From NCBI GenBank assembly GCA_963808235.1, contig CAWEEQ010000004.1, positions 512,001 to 576,000 of the forward strand: a DNA stretch of 64,000 nt. The letters run 5' to 3'. Both the position numbers and the translations under genes were made by a program. This document shows positions 30,630 through 39,744 of the stretch, piece by piece. The notes beneath the pieces are model-generated. The model was not told where the DNA came from. It worked only from the letters and a program-made list of their open reading frames with translations, and searched no databases. Within the stretch, counting starts at the first letter, position 1; each line of letters opens with the position of its first letter. Source of the DNA: an uncultured delta proteobacterium (GTDB taxonomy: Bacteria > Desulfobacterota > Binatia > Binatales > Binataceae).

Positions 30630-31931
30630 ATGGAAAAACCGCTCCGTCCGGCTAAAGCATTTGTACGGCTTCTTTCCGCACTCTCGATCGCCATGATCTT
30701 TGCCGCGACGCCGATCGCGCACGCCCAGGTCAAGCCCGGCGACGTTATCACCGCCAAGAACGCCGAGCAGGTGCGATCGCTGGTCAGCCCAGGCACCTAC
30801 GCCGCGGTCGCCAAGGGCATGCAGATGAACATCGTCGCCTCGGGGCGCATCGATTGGCCGCCGCCATACCAGAACGCGACCGAGAAATATTCGAGCCAGG
30901 TGCGTCTCGCGCCCAACCATCGTGACGTTCTCGGCTACGTCGCGGGACAGCCGTTTCCGTTGCTCGATCCAAACGACCCCAACGTCGCGACCAAGATCAT
31001 GTGGAATCAATACTTCAAGCCGATCGCGACTGACGACTTCGATCTGCGCTATTTCGAATGCCAGGTTGCGACGCAAAATCCGGGCGCCGCGCAAAATCTT
31101 TTGAAGATGACCGAGACCGGACACCTGGCCGGATACTTCGATATCGGACGCACCGAAGTGGATCCGATGCCGGCCGATCCGGATTTCAAAGTAAGCGGAG
31201 TGTGGTGGCGCGCAGCGGCGTATCCAACGCTGGCGCCGGCGGACGATCGCGGCAGCGGCGGAATCCGCTATCGCTATTGGGATCCTGATCACGCCGACGA
31301 CGCGTGGGCATTTCTGGCCGGTACCCGGCGCGTGCGACGCGTGAACGAAGTTATTTTGAGCGCGTCGCCGGGACTATCGACATGGGATCCGGATCACGCG
31401 GGCGGCTTTGCCGCGAAGCCGCAGGAATATCAGTTCAAGTTCCTGGGTGAGCGCAATATGCTCGGATGCGTGCACGCGCGGAATTCGCCCGCGCATCCGT
31501 GCACCAGCGACGGGGGCGCAACTTCATGCAACGACGACTGGGAGATGCGCCATCTCTACGTGGTGGAAGTCACGCCGCGTCCGGAGCGAATCGCGGGCGT
31601 CCTGCAGTCGAAGACGGTCGTCTATATCGACGGCGAGGGATGGTTCAATCCTTACGTCGACAGTTACGATCGCAAGGGCGAATTGTGGACGACGCAGATC
31701 TACCTTGGTACCTATCGCGACCGGCCGGTGCCCGACGCGAAGATCGCGATCTATCCGTTCAAGCGTGAATTCGGCACCGCCGCCTCGAGCCTCGACGTGC
31801 AGAGCGGAGTCTCAACCACCTGCTATCTGCCCGGACCGGACACCGAAGAGCGCGAGTGCTGGTACATCAACATGGGCGCGGTGGGCCGCGATTTCTTCAC
31901 CACTGAGGCGTTGGTAAAGGCCGGGCACTAA
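30630..31931 (+). CDS. DUF1329 family secreted protein
   Basis: Signal peptide; motifs 'VKPGDVIT..N', 'AGQPFP..DPNDP..A.KIMWN', 'RRVRR' and 'YDRKGELW'. Confidence 0.85.
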   Translation: MEKPLRPAKAFVRLLSALSIAMIFAATPIAHAQVKPGDVITAKNAEQVRSLVSPGTYAAVAKGMQMNIVASGRIDWPPPYQNATEKYSSQVRLAPNHRDVLGYVAGQPFPLLDPNDPNVATKIMWNQYFKPIATDDFDLRYFECQVATQNPGAAQNLLKMTETGHLAGYFDIGRTEVDPMPADPDFKVSGVWWRAAAYPTLAPADDRGSGGIRYRYWDPDHADDAWAFLAGTRRVRRVNEVILSASPGLSTWDPDHAGGFAAKPQEYQFKFLGERNMLGCVHARNSPAHPCTSDGGATSCNDDWEMRHLYVVEVTPRPERIAGVLQSKTVVYIDGEGWFNPYVDSYDRKGELWTTQIYLGTYRDRPVPDAKIAIYPFKREFGTAASSLDVQSGVSTTCYLPGPDTEERECWYINMGAVGRDFFTTEALVKAGH

Positions 31932-32023
31932 TTTTTTCAGTTGACGTGCATCACGGCGAGCGCATCTGGGTCGGCCCGATCAGCTTGCTGTAGCCCCCGA
32001 TTCATCGTTGGCTCCAGAAACCG

Positions 32024-32818
32024 ATGCGCCGCGTCTTGTTGATACATCTGAATGCCCACGAAGGCATCGAGAGAGCTAAGAGTCTCCGCGTCGCCGGCTA
32101 TAAGGTCACTCGTCTCTTACCGCAAGGTCTCGGTTTCCTGCGCGACGTTAGACGAGATCCGCCCGACGCGATCGTTGTAGATCTCGAGCGGCTGCCCTCA
32201 GTTGGGCGCGATATCGGCCTGGCTCTTCGAATGTCGAAGGCGACTCGTCACGTGCCGATAGTCTTTGCCGGCGGCGCCGCGGAAAAAGTAGAGGGTATCA
32301 GGAAGCTGCTGCCGGACGCCGGATACATCCCCTGGCCGAAAATCGGCGCCGAGCTGAAGCGCGCGATAATTCGCCGCGTCACCGATCCCGTCGTGCCGCA
32401 ATCGATCTTCGAAACTTACTCGCGCACGCCGCTGATGAAGAAGCTCGGCGTCAAGACGAACTCATCGCTTGCACTGATCGATGCTCCCGACGGATTTCGC
32501 GAGTCGCTTGGCAGTTTGCCCGACGGCGCAACGCTGCGTGACAATTTCGGCCGCGGCTGCGATCTGACGATGTGGTTCGTGCGATCGGACGAAAAGCTGA
32601 ATCGAGGAATCAAGCGAATCGCGGCTGCGCTGGACGACGGCCTGGTCTGGATTGCATGGCCGAAGAAAACCTCTGCGGTCGTCAGCGATCTGTCGCAAGT
32701 GTCGGTGCGTGCGGCCGGCCTTGCGAGCGGCCTGGTCGATTTCAAAGTGTGCGCGATTGACGCGACCTGGTCGGGATTGCTGTTCACGCGGCGAAAGCCG
32801 AGCCGTCCGCTAAAATGA
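32024..32818 (+). CDS. Receiver-like domain fused to a DUF3052-like domain
   Basis: N-terminal 'PDAIVVDL...HVPIVF' fits a CheY-like fold. C-terminal 'YS.TPL.KKLG..WIAWPKK..GLVD.KVCAID..WSGL'. Confidence 0.6.
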   Translation: MRRVLLIHLNAHEGIERAKSLRVAGYKVTRLLPQGLGFLRDVRRDPPDAIVVDLERLPSVGRDIGLALRMSKATRHVPIVFAGGAAEKVEGIRKLLPDAGYIPWPKIGAELKRAIIRRVTDPVVPQSIFETYSRTPLMKKLGVKTNSSLALIDAPDGFRESLGSLPDGATLRDNFGRGCDLTMWFVRSDEKLNRGIKRIAAALDDGLVWIAWPKKTSAVVSDLSQVSVRAAGLASGLVDFKVCAIDATWSGLLFTRRKPSRPLK

Positions 32819-32894
32819 ACAACGGGCGGCGTCCGCTGACGTCGCCCGTATCAATCGAAATCGCTCGCGAAATCGCCCGAGAGCTGCGCTGCAA

Positions 32895-33552
32895 TCAGGG
32901 ACAGTTGCCGCCGGTACTGGTGACCGTCGCCGTACCGCCGTTGGGAGTGCAGGTCGGAGCACTGACGTCGCTGCCAGCCGCCACGCCTCCATTGGTCGCC
33001 GACACAGTTGCGAAGCCCCCATCCGTCACACAATCGGCGGTCGCATGAGCATTGTTTTTAGGGGTCGCAGTAGTCGTGCAGTTCGCCGCCGATGAGGCGT
33101 TGGCATCGCTACCCCTTGACCGCGTCGGCACTCGCCATGCCGCCGCCACCCGCAAGAGCCGATGCGTCACTTTTGTTGTTTGCTGAGGAAGTTGCCGTGC
33201 CGGAATCTGTTGCCGCGGCTCCCGCACTGCTTTTGTTTTTTGCAGTCGCCTTGCCGGACGCGCCGGTATCCGCCGTCACGCTCGACAGACTCCCTTTCTT
33301 TGCGATCGCCGTAGCCGTGGCACCGCCGTCTGCTGTCCCGCCGGCAGAGCTGTTTCCCGATGCGCTCGCTTTGGCTGTACCCGTGGAGGGCACGTCGGCG
33401 TCGCAAACGCTACCGCCCCCGGCCTTGGAGACATCGCCCGAGGATGATTTGCACGCGACGGCTCCCGCGTCAGCGGTGAGCGCGAACATTAGTGCAGATG
33501 TCAGCCCCAGGAGCGCAAAACTCCTTCGCGCAGAACTCCATCGATGGATCAT
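32895..33552 (-). CDS. Secreted Ala/Thr/Ser/Gly repeat protein, paralog C (1-nt frameshift in G4 run at 33112-33115)
   Basis: Signal peptide and repeats end at '...ADAVKG*'. The paralogous C-terminus 'SDANAS..CTPNGGTATVTSTGGNCP' follows in a shifted frame. 658 nt = 3n+1. Confidence 0.75.
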
Positions 33553-33740
33553 AATTCCTCCCCCGAGAAATCGTGATCATCTTGAGCCGCGCCCGAGAAA
33601 CGAAGCAATGCCCTGTAGTCGGTCTTCGCCTCAATTAGCGGCTTGGAAGAAGTAGGGCGCACGCGCAAGGGCCGACGCACCTTCCCTGCCAAATGGAGAT
33701 TTGCGCGAGAACGCGCCAGCTTTCATAGCGAGCGCGTTTG

Positions 33741-34523
33741 TTACCCGCAGTTGCCTCCGGTGCTGCGGACCCTCGCCGTGCCGCCATTGGGGGTGCAGAT
33801 CGGGGCCGTATGGTCGCTGCCGGACGCTTCTCCTCCGCCGGTTGCAGTTACATTCGCGAAGCCGCCGTCTGTCGAGCAACCGGCGCCCGCCGCAGAGGAG
33901 CCTATGGCGGTCGCCTTGGCGGTGCAGATCGCGTCTGACTCCGCAGAGGCATCGCTTGAATCCTTGGCAGTGCTGGACGCCGAACCTCCGCTGACAAATG
34001 AGTCAGCAGATGCGCTACTACCCTTAGTTGCAGTGGCGGTTGCCTGCCCGGAGTCTTCTGCTTCCGCGCCCGCGTCACTGCCATTAACCGCAGTGGCGGT
34101 TGCTTTGCCGGAGGTTATCGCGTCCGCCCCGGCGTCACTGCCAGTAGCTGCGGTAGCGGTCGCCTTGCCGGAGGTTGATGCATCCGCCCCTGCGTCACTG
34201 CCCTTGGTTGCGCTCGCCTTTGCCTTGGCGGAGCCTGACGCAGACGCCCCTGCGCTACTGCCAGTAATCGCGGTGGCGGACGCCTTGCCTGAGGTTTCTG
34301 CAAACGCCGAAGCGCCACTGTCTCCCAATGCCTTCGCCGTCGCTTTGCCCGGAGCGGTTACGTCCGCCTCGCAGCTGCTGCCGTCAGTGCCGGTATTGCT
34401 GATATCGCCCGAGCTTGATTTGCATTTGGCGCCCCCGCCCGCGCTGGCGACGCCCGCCGTCAGCGCGAACAGTAGTAACGATGTTAGTACCAACAGAGTG
34501 AAACTCCGTGACTGAACCATCAT
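33741..34523 (-). CDS. Secreted 20-aa-repeat beta-solenoid-like protein, paralog B
   Basis: Signal peptide, about 9 repeats of GKATATA..GSDAGA.A..S, 6 Cys, GGGGAGG RBS. Confidence 0.85.
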   Translation of the reverse strand: MMVQSRSFTLLVLTSLLLFALTAGVASAGGGAKCKSSSGDISNTGTDGSSCEADVTAPGKATAKALGDSGASAFAETSGKASATAITGSSAGASASGSAKAKASATKGSDAGADASTSGKATATAATGSDAGADAITSGKATATAVNGSDAGAEAEDSGQATATATKGSSASADSFVSGGSASSTAKDSSDASAESDAICTAKATAIGSSAAGAGCSTDGGFANVTATGGGEASGSDHTAPICTPNGGTARVRSTGGNCG

Positions 34524-34584
34524 CTTCCCCTCCCCTGAACAGTAAAGTTAGAACTCGCGGTTACTTGATCGCGAACGCGGTTGG

Positions 34585-35367
34585 TTACCCGCAGTTGCCT
34601 CCGGTGCTGCGGACCCTCGCCGTGCCCCCATTGGGGGTGCAAGTCGGGGCCGCAGTGTCGCTGCCGGAAGCTGATGCCCCGCCGGTTGCAGTTGCATTCA
34701 CGAAGCCGCCGTCCGTTGTGCAACTGGCAGCCGCGTCGGAGCTGTTTGTGGCAGTCGCCTTGGCGGTGCAGATCGCGTCCGACTCGGCAGTGGCATCGCT
34801 TGAATTCTTAGCGGTGCTGGTCGCCGAACCGCCGCTGACAAATGCCTGGGAAGTTGTGTCACTGGACTTAGTTGCGGTGGCGGTTGCCTCCGCAGACTCT
34901 TCTCCTACCGCCTCCGCATCACTGTCATTAACCGCAGTGGCGGTTGCTTTGCCGTTGGTTGTCGCTACCGCCACTGTGTCACTGCTATTAGTTGCGGTAG
35001 CGGTCGCTTTGCCGGAGGTTTCCGATTCCGCCAGTGTGTCACTGCTCTTGGTTGCTGTCGACTTTGACTTGCCGGAGCCTGATGCCTCCGCATCCGCGGA
35101 ACTATCAGTGATCGCGGTGGCGGTAGCCTTGCCAGAGGTTTCTGCAGCCGCCGCAGCGCCACTGTCGCCCACTGCCTTCGCCGTCGCTTTGCCCGGAGCG
35201 GATACGTCCGCCTCGCAGCTGCTGCCGTCGGTGCCGGTATTGTTGATATCGCCCGAGGTTGATTTGCATTTGGCGCCCCCGCCCGCGCTGGCTACGCCCG
35301 CCGTGATCCCGAGCAGTAGTACCGATGTGAGTACCAACAGAGCGAAACTCCGTGACTGAACCATCAT
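34585..35367 (-). CDS. Secreted 20-aa-repeat beta-solenoid-like protein, paralog A
   Basis: Same length (260 aa), termini and Cys positions as paralog B; near-identical upstream region. Confidence 0.85.
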   Translation of the reverse strand: MMVQSRSFALLVLTSVLLLGITAGVASAGGGAKCKSTSGDINNTGTDGSSCEADVSAPGKATAKAVGDSGAAAAAETSGKATATAITDSSADAEASGSGKSKSTATKSSDTLAESETSGKATATATNSSDTVAVATTNGKATATAVNDSDAEAVGEESAEATATATKSSDTTSQAFVSGGSATSTAKNSSDATAESDAICTAKATATNSSDAAASCTTDGGFVNATATGGASASGSDTAAPTCTPNGGTARVRSTGGNCG

Positions 35368-35397
35368 TGCCCCTCCCCTGACCAGAAAGTTAGAGCT

Positions 35398-35484
35398 CGC
35401 GGTTACTTGATCGCGAGTGCGTTGGGCGGCGAAGCTACAACTCCCGGTACATTGAGCGTCGCCGACGTGAGGAAGAAATCATAT
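35398..35484 (-). repeat. Diverged duplicate of the cyclase gene 3' end (YDFFLTSA.LNVPG.V.SPPNALAIK*)
   Basis: Direct repeat of 35562-35647, mostly with synonymous differences. Shorter copies at 34554-34584 and 33721-33740. Confidence 0.85.
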
Positions 35485-35566
35485 GACCATCTGTAGCGCA
35501 ATCCTCCCCAAGGCCCTTGAGAGCCTAAATTAGCGTGGCAATGGTCACTTGCGCGAAAGAGCGCGG

Positions 35567-36823
35567 CTACTTGATCGCGAGCGCGTTGGGCGGCGAGCCG
35601 ACACCGCCGGGCACGTTGAGCGGCGCCGAGGTGAGGAAGAAGTCGTAACGCCCGTCGGCGGCGCAATCTTCCGCCAGACCCTCGAGATTCCACATTTCGC
35701 CAATCGGCATTCCGAAGAACGCGAGCATGTGGAAGTGAAGAAACTCCATCTCGTTGCCCGCGGATTTGGGCAGCGCCTCGAGCGCGGGCGAATCCGACGC
35801 GACCGCCGCGAGATGATTGTCCCAGAGCCATCGCGCGGTGCGCTCGCTGCCTTCGATTCCGGGCACCACCGTCTCGCGCGCGAGCTCCTCCTTAGTCTCC
35901 GCGCTCGCCGACATGTAGAACCGGGTCCATCCGATCCGAATCAGCAGCACGTCGCCGGCCTGGAGCGCGACGCCTTCCTCTACCAGCGTCGTCTGCACAT
36001 CTTCGAGCGGAATCGACTCGGCCTTGCTGAAGTCGATTTTCTTGCCCCTGCGATCGTAATGCCGCGCGACGTCCGCGAGCACTCCGCGGCCGGCAATTCC
36101 GCGCCTGGCGAGATTGTCGATTCCAAGCCGCATCCCGCCGCGGCCCGTGATCTGGTTGTCGGGAATTCCATTGTACGCGCCGTGAACGGGATGCTTCACG
36201 TGCGCGAGCGCGTCCCACTGCGAAGACGCCTGCGGATAAAAATTGTCCAGGTAGTCGTCGAGCACAAACTCCGCGGTCGGGAAAATCTTGACGGTGTGGC
36301 TATGCTTGCCGCGCGTGAACAGCGGCGGATCGGGAATGTTGATCGGCAGGTTGAGCGCGAAGACTTTGCCGCTGCGAATCGACGACACCGCTGCGACCAC
36401 CCGCTCCGGCGTTTGGAGGTTGATCGTTCCGACTTCGTCGTCGTCGCCGAAGACGCCCCACGCCGAACCTGGCGGCGCGCCCTCGCGAACCGGCAGGTCG
36501 CTGTAGCGCGGGAGCTTCAGTGCCGACGCGACGGCGCTCGATACCGCCTTGGTCGCGGACGCGGCCACTTCGGCGACTTTCAGCACGGCGCTGCGTTGCA
36601 TCCGCACTGCGGCGCTTTCGAGATCGACCGCTTTGCGAGTCGCCGCCGTTACTATCGCGGCGACTCGGCTCTTCGTCGGCTTGCCGGACTTTGTGCGCTT
36701 GGCCGATTTCGCAGGAACCGGACGCTTGCTCGCCTTCGCGGCGACCTTCTTCTTGCCTGCTTTGGGAGCGGATTTGCGGGTTTTGGACGCCGTTTTCCTG
36801 GTGGGTTTTTTCGATTTGGCCAC
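35567..36823 (-). CDS. Cyclase (kynurenine-formamidase-like) metal-dependent hydrolase with a Lys/Ala-rich N-terminal extension
   Basis: Motifs 'WG..G.DDEVGTIN', 'SSQWDALAH', 'GRGVL.DV' and 'GE.WNLE'. GTG start follows GAGGAGG. Confidence 0.88.
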   Translation of the reverse strand: MAKSKKPTRKTASKTRKSAPKAGKKKVAAKASKRPVPAKSAKRTKSGKPTKSRVAAIVTAATRKAVDLESAAVRMQRSAVLKVAEVAASATKAVSSAVASALKLPRYSDLPVREGAPPGSAWGVFGDDDEVGTINLQTPERVVAAVSSIRSGKVFALNLPINIPDPPLFTRGKHSHTVKIFPTAEFVLDDYLDNFYPQASSQWDALAHVKHPVHGAYNGIPDNQITGRGGMRLGIDNLARRGIAGRGVLADVARHYDRRGKKIDFSKAESIPLEDVQTTLVEEGVALQAGDVLLIRIGWTRFYMSASAETKEELARETVVPGIEGSERTARWLWDNHLAAVASDSPALEALPKSAGNEMEFLHFHMLAFFGMPIGEMWNLEGLAEDCAADGRYDFFLTSAPLNVPGGVGSPPNALAIK

Positions 36824-37040
36824 TTCATCCTCCTCGCTCTCTTGCGCGCGTCGGAATCTTCTCATAACAGACCCCGCATCGATCAGAAAAGAGAATCCGG
36901 AAAAGAGAAATCGGACGGCGCTCGCGGTAGCCGATTATCTGCTCAGATCGCGCTTGTGAGCCTGGTATCGCGGTGTTATTCTGCTGGATTGCTCCTTGCT
37001 CCAACCTGGGGCTGAAATCCGTAAGGAGGATGTACCGCGC

Positions 37041-37523
37041 GTGCGGCGCTACGAAACTATTTTTATTCTCCGTCCTGATTCGGGCGACCCCCAAATCAAG
37101 GAAACCATCAAGCGCTACGAGGGAATCATCACCGCCGGCAGCGGCGAGATGATCGAAACCGAGGAATGGGGCTCGCGGGAACTCGCCTACAAGATCAAGG
37201 GCGAGCGGCGCGGCTTTTACGTTCGCCTCGATTATGTTTCGGCCGGCCCCGTGATGAACGAGGTCGAGCGCAACTTGCGGCTCTCCGACAACGTGCTCCG
37301 CTACCTTTCGGTCCTGGTCGACGACAACGCCGACGTCGCCAAGGCGCGCGAGGAACTCGAGGCGCGCAACCGCCGGATGGCGGAGGCCAAGGCCGCACAG
37401 GAAGCGCGCATGGCGGCATTGGCCGCGTCGCGCGAGGAAAAGATCGAAGACGCTCCCGAAGAAATAATGGAAGCGGCGGCAGAGGAAATTGCCGGGCCGG
37501 AAGGTGGCAGGCAATCGGATTGA
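37041..37523 (+). CDS. rpsF: 30S ribosomal protein S6 (long C-terminal tail)
   Basis: Motifs 'RRYETIFILRP', 'WG.RELAYKI' and 'VLRYL'; AAGGAGG RBS. Confidence 0.96.
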   Translation: MRRYETIFILRPDSGDPQIKETIKRYEGIITAGSGEMIETEEWGSRELAYKIKGERRGFYVRLDYVSAGPVMNEVERNLRLSDNVLRYLSVLVDDNADVAKAREELEARNRRMAEAKAAQEARMAALAASREEKIEDAPEEIMEAAAEEIAGPEGGRQSD

Positions 37524-37806
37524 GCTCGACGGCCGCCTCGTCGCGGAGCCCGAAGTCCGGGTCACGCCGCGCGGTACCCCGGTACTCCGCTTCGTCGTCG
37601 ATTGCGGCATCCCGGGCGAAGATCTGAAACTCGGTATCGTGATGACGGGCGATTTGGCGCTCGCGGCAAAAGGGCTCCTGGAGCCGGGACGGCAGGTGAA
37701 AGTATCGGGACGGCTTCGCGCTCTGAAGGGTGGCGGCATCAATGCGGTTCGTCCCGATGCGGCGTTCGAGGTGGTAGCCGAATCGGTAGAGCGGTTGGAT
37801 TCGTGA
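37504..37806 (+). CDS. priB: PriB-like / short SSB OB-fold protein
   Basis: 'NRIELDG.L...P.VR.TP.G.PVL.F' motif; located between rpsF and rpsR; no acidic SSB tail. Confidence 0.7.
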   Translation: MAGNRIELDGRLVAEPEVRVTPRGTPVLRFVVDCGIPGEDLKLGIVMTGDLALAAKGLLEPGRQVKVSGRLRALKGGGINAVRPDAAFEVVAESVERLDS

Positions 37807-37884
37807 TCGGACAAATTGCAAAAAACGAAAAGCTTGTTTCAAAGAACGAAAAACCTGGCATCGAAATTTTCATAAGGACTCTAA

Positions 37885-38244
37885 ATGGCTGACGAGGAAA
37901 GATCTGAAAGAGGCGGCGAAGGCCGCGGACGCTACGGCGCCCCGCGCCCCGACGATCGCGGCGAGGGCCGCGGCGGCGAAGGCCGCGGTGGTGAGAGAGG
38001 TGGCGGCGGGATGCGCCGGCGTCCGGGCGGCGGACGGCGCAAAGTGTGCCGCTTCTGCGCCGACAAGTCGCTCAAGGTCGATTACAAAGACGTGCGCACG
38101 CTCGGCAGCTTTATCACCGAGGGCGGCAAGATTGTTCCGAGCCGCACCTCGGGCAACTGCGCAAAGCATCAGCGCCAACTTGCGGTCGCGATCAAGCGCG
38201 CGCGCGTACTCGCGCTGCTGCCGTTCTCGACCTTGGGGATCTGA
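37885..38244 (+). CDS. rpsR: 30S ribosomal protein S18 (Zn-binding, with RG-rich N-terminus)
   Basis: Motifs 'KVCRFC', 'VDYKDV', 'GNCAKHQR' and 'IKRAR.LALLPF'. Confidence 0.97.
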   Translation: MADEERSERGGEGRGRYGAPRPDDRGEGRGGEGRGGERGGGGMRRRPGGGRRKVCRFCADKSLKVDYKDVRTLGSFITEGGKIVPSRTSGNCAKHQRQLAVAIKRARVLALLPFSTLGI

Positions 38245-38260
38245 AGCCCAACTTACAGCC

Positions 38261-39217
38261 GTGACCCGCAAAGCTGTCATTGGGATGGTACGAGCGGCCG
38301 CGTTGGCGGCGGCGTTCTTTCTCGCCGCAGGCGCGATACCGGTGATCGGAGGGATCGCGATGTTGCTCGCGCCCGCGCCGATACTCATCTATGCGGTCGG
38401 CCGTCCGAACCCGAACCTGCGCGCCATCGTCGCGGTCCTGCTTGCCGCCGCGATGGTCACGATTCCGGCCGGTCTCTTCATGGGTCTCGCGTACCTGCTT
38501 TCGTTCGGGCTTGCGACTGCGATCGCATGCTACATGCTGGAGCGGCGCTCCTCCTTTGAGTTGATTGCCGCTATATGCGCAGGTGCTATGGTCACCGCGG
38601 CGGTGATCGCGGCGCTGGTGATCATCGGCGGTCCCGACGCGTTCATCAAAACGGTCCGCGGTGTGCTGACCGAGGGGATGAACCGGGGACAGGAGTTCAA
38701 CAAGCTGCTCGGAATCGAGTCGGCGATACCGGCCGACTTGCAGGCGAGCATCATTACGGAGTTGATGCGTCTGTTGCCAGCGATAGCGCTGCTGGTGGCC
38801 GGCAGTGCGATGCTGATGAATTTGCGGATATTCTGGCGATGGGCCGGGCCGCAGCGGCTGACTTACAATCTGTTCGGCGATTTGTCGCGATGGTCGGCGT
38901 CGGAGTGGCTGGTGTGGCTGTTGCTGGCGTGCGGCTTTGGGCTTTTTATCCCGGTCGCTGCGGTCAGCGATATCGCGCTCAACGGCTTTATATGTGTCGC
39001 GGCGATTTATTTCTGCCAGGGGCTCGCGATTATCGGATTTTATTTTCATACCCTGGCGGTTCCGGCGATCGTGCGCGGAATAATTTATTTTGTCGTATTC
39101 GCGCAGCCGGTGGTGGCCGCGCTCGTCTGTATGGCGGGCGTCTTCGACATGTGGATCGACTTCCGGCGGCTCAAACCCCCGAGCCCGGAAGCGAATAACC
39201 TGGGCGATTTTTTCTAG
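38261..39217 (+). CDS. DUF2232/YybS family membrane protein
   Basis: Multiple TM segments; 'YFCQGLA' and 'G.FD.W.DFR'; conserved position between rpsR and rplI. Confidence 0.85.
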   Translation: MTRKAVIGMVRAAALAAAFFLAAGAIPVIGGIAMLLAPAPILIYAVGRPNPNLRAIVAVLLAAAMVTIPAGLFMGLAYLLSFGLATAIACYMLERRSSFELIAAICAGAMVTAAVIAALVIIGGPDAFIKTVRGVLTEGMNRGQEFNKLLGIESAIPADLQASIITELMRLLPAIALLVAGSAMLMNLRIFWRWAGPQRLTYNLFGDLSRWSASEWLVWLLLACGFGLFIPVAAVSDIALNGFICVAAIYFCQGLAIIGFYFHTLAVPAIVRGIIYFVVFAQPVVAALVCMAGVFDMWIDFRRLKPPSPEANNLGDFF

Positions 39218-39275
39218 GCAGAAGCAAAGAGGGTCAAGACAGCGTCACGGACCGGACAACGAGGCGGTCAAGAAA

Positions 39276-39731
39276 ATGAACGTGCAAGTCATACTCAACG
39301 AGGACCTGCCCAACCTGGGCAGGACCGGCGACGTGGTTAAGGTTCGCGCCGGATACGCGCGCAACTATCTGCTGCCGCGCAAGCTCGCAGTCGAGGCGGA
39401 TCCGAAAAACCTGCGCAGTTTCGAGCATCAGAAGCGCATCGCGGCCCATCGTCGGGAGAGCAAGCGCAACGACGCGGTGGCGATTAAGACAAAGATCGAG
39501 GCGCTCTCGCTCGTCCTCAATGCGCGCGCGGGAGAAGAGGGCAAACTCTTCGGCTCGATCACCAACATCGATATCGAACGCGCGATGCGCGAGAAGGGCG
39601 TCGACATCGAACGGCGCAAGATTCACCTGCCCGAGCCAATCAAGCAACTCGGTGAATTTACGGTGCCGGTCAAACTCGATTCCGAGGTTGAAGCCAGCTT
39701 GAAGATTACCGTCGCGGCGCAAGCCGAATGA
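39276..39731 (+). CDS. rplI: 50S ribosomal protein L9
   Basis: Motifs 'LG..GDVVKV.AGYARNYLLP', 'GKLFGSIT' and 'PIKQLG'. Confidence 0.97.
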   Translation: MNVQVILNEDLPNLGRTGDVVKVRAGYARNYLLPRKLAVEADPKNLRSFEHQKRIAAHRRESKRNDAVAIKTKIEALSLVLNARAGEEGKLFGSITNIDIERAMREKGVDIERRKIHLPEPIKQLGEFTVPVKLDSEVEASLKITVAAQAE

Positions 39732-39744
39732 GGACTTGCCCGAT

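Noticed and set aside
33092-35359. Long + strand ORFs 33092-33655, 33643-34515 and 34508-35359 (AVAVALP repeats)
   Set aside because: Antisense shadows of the minus-strand repeat genes, which carry the RBS, signal peptides and conserved Cys.
33741-35367. 60-nt periodic DNA repeats as a non-coding array
   Set aside because: Fully explained by 20-aa protein repeats with third-position variation.
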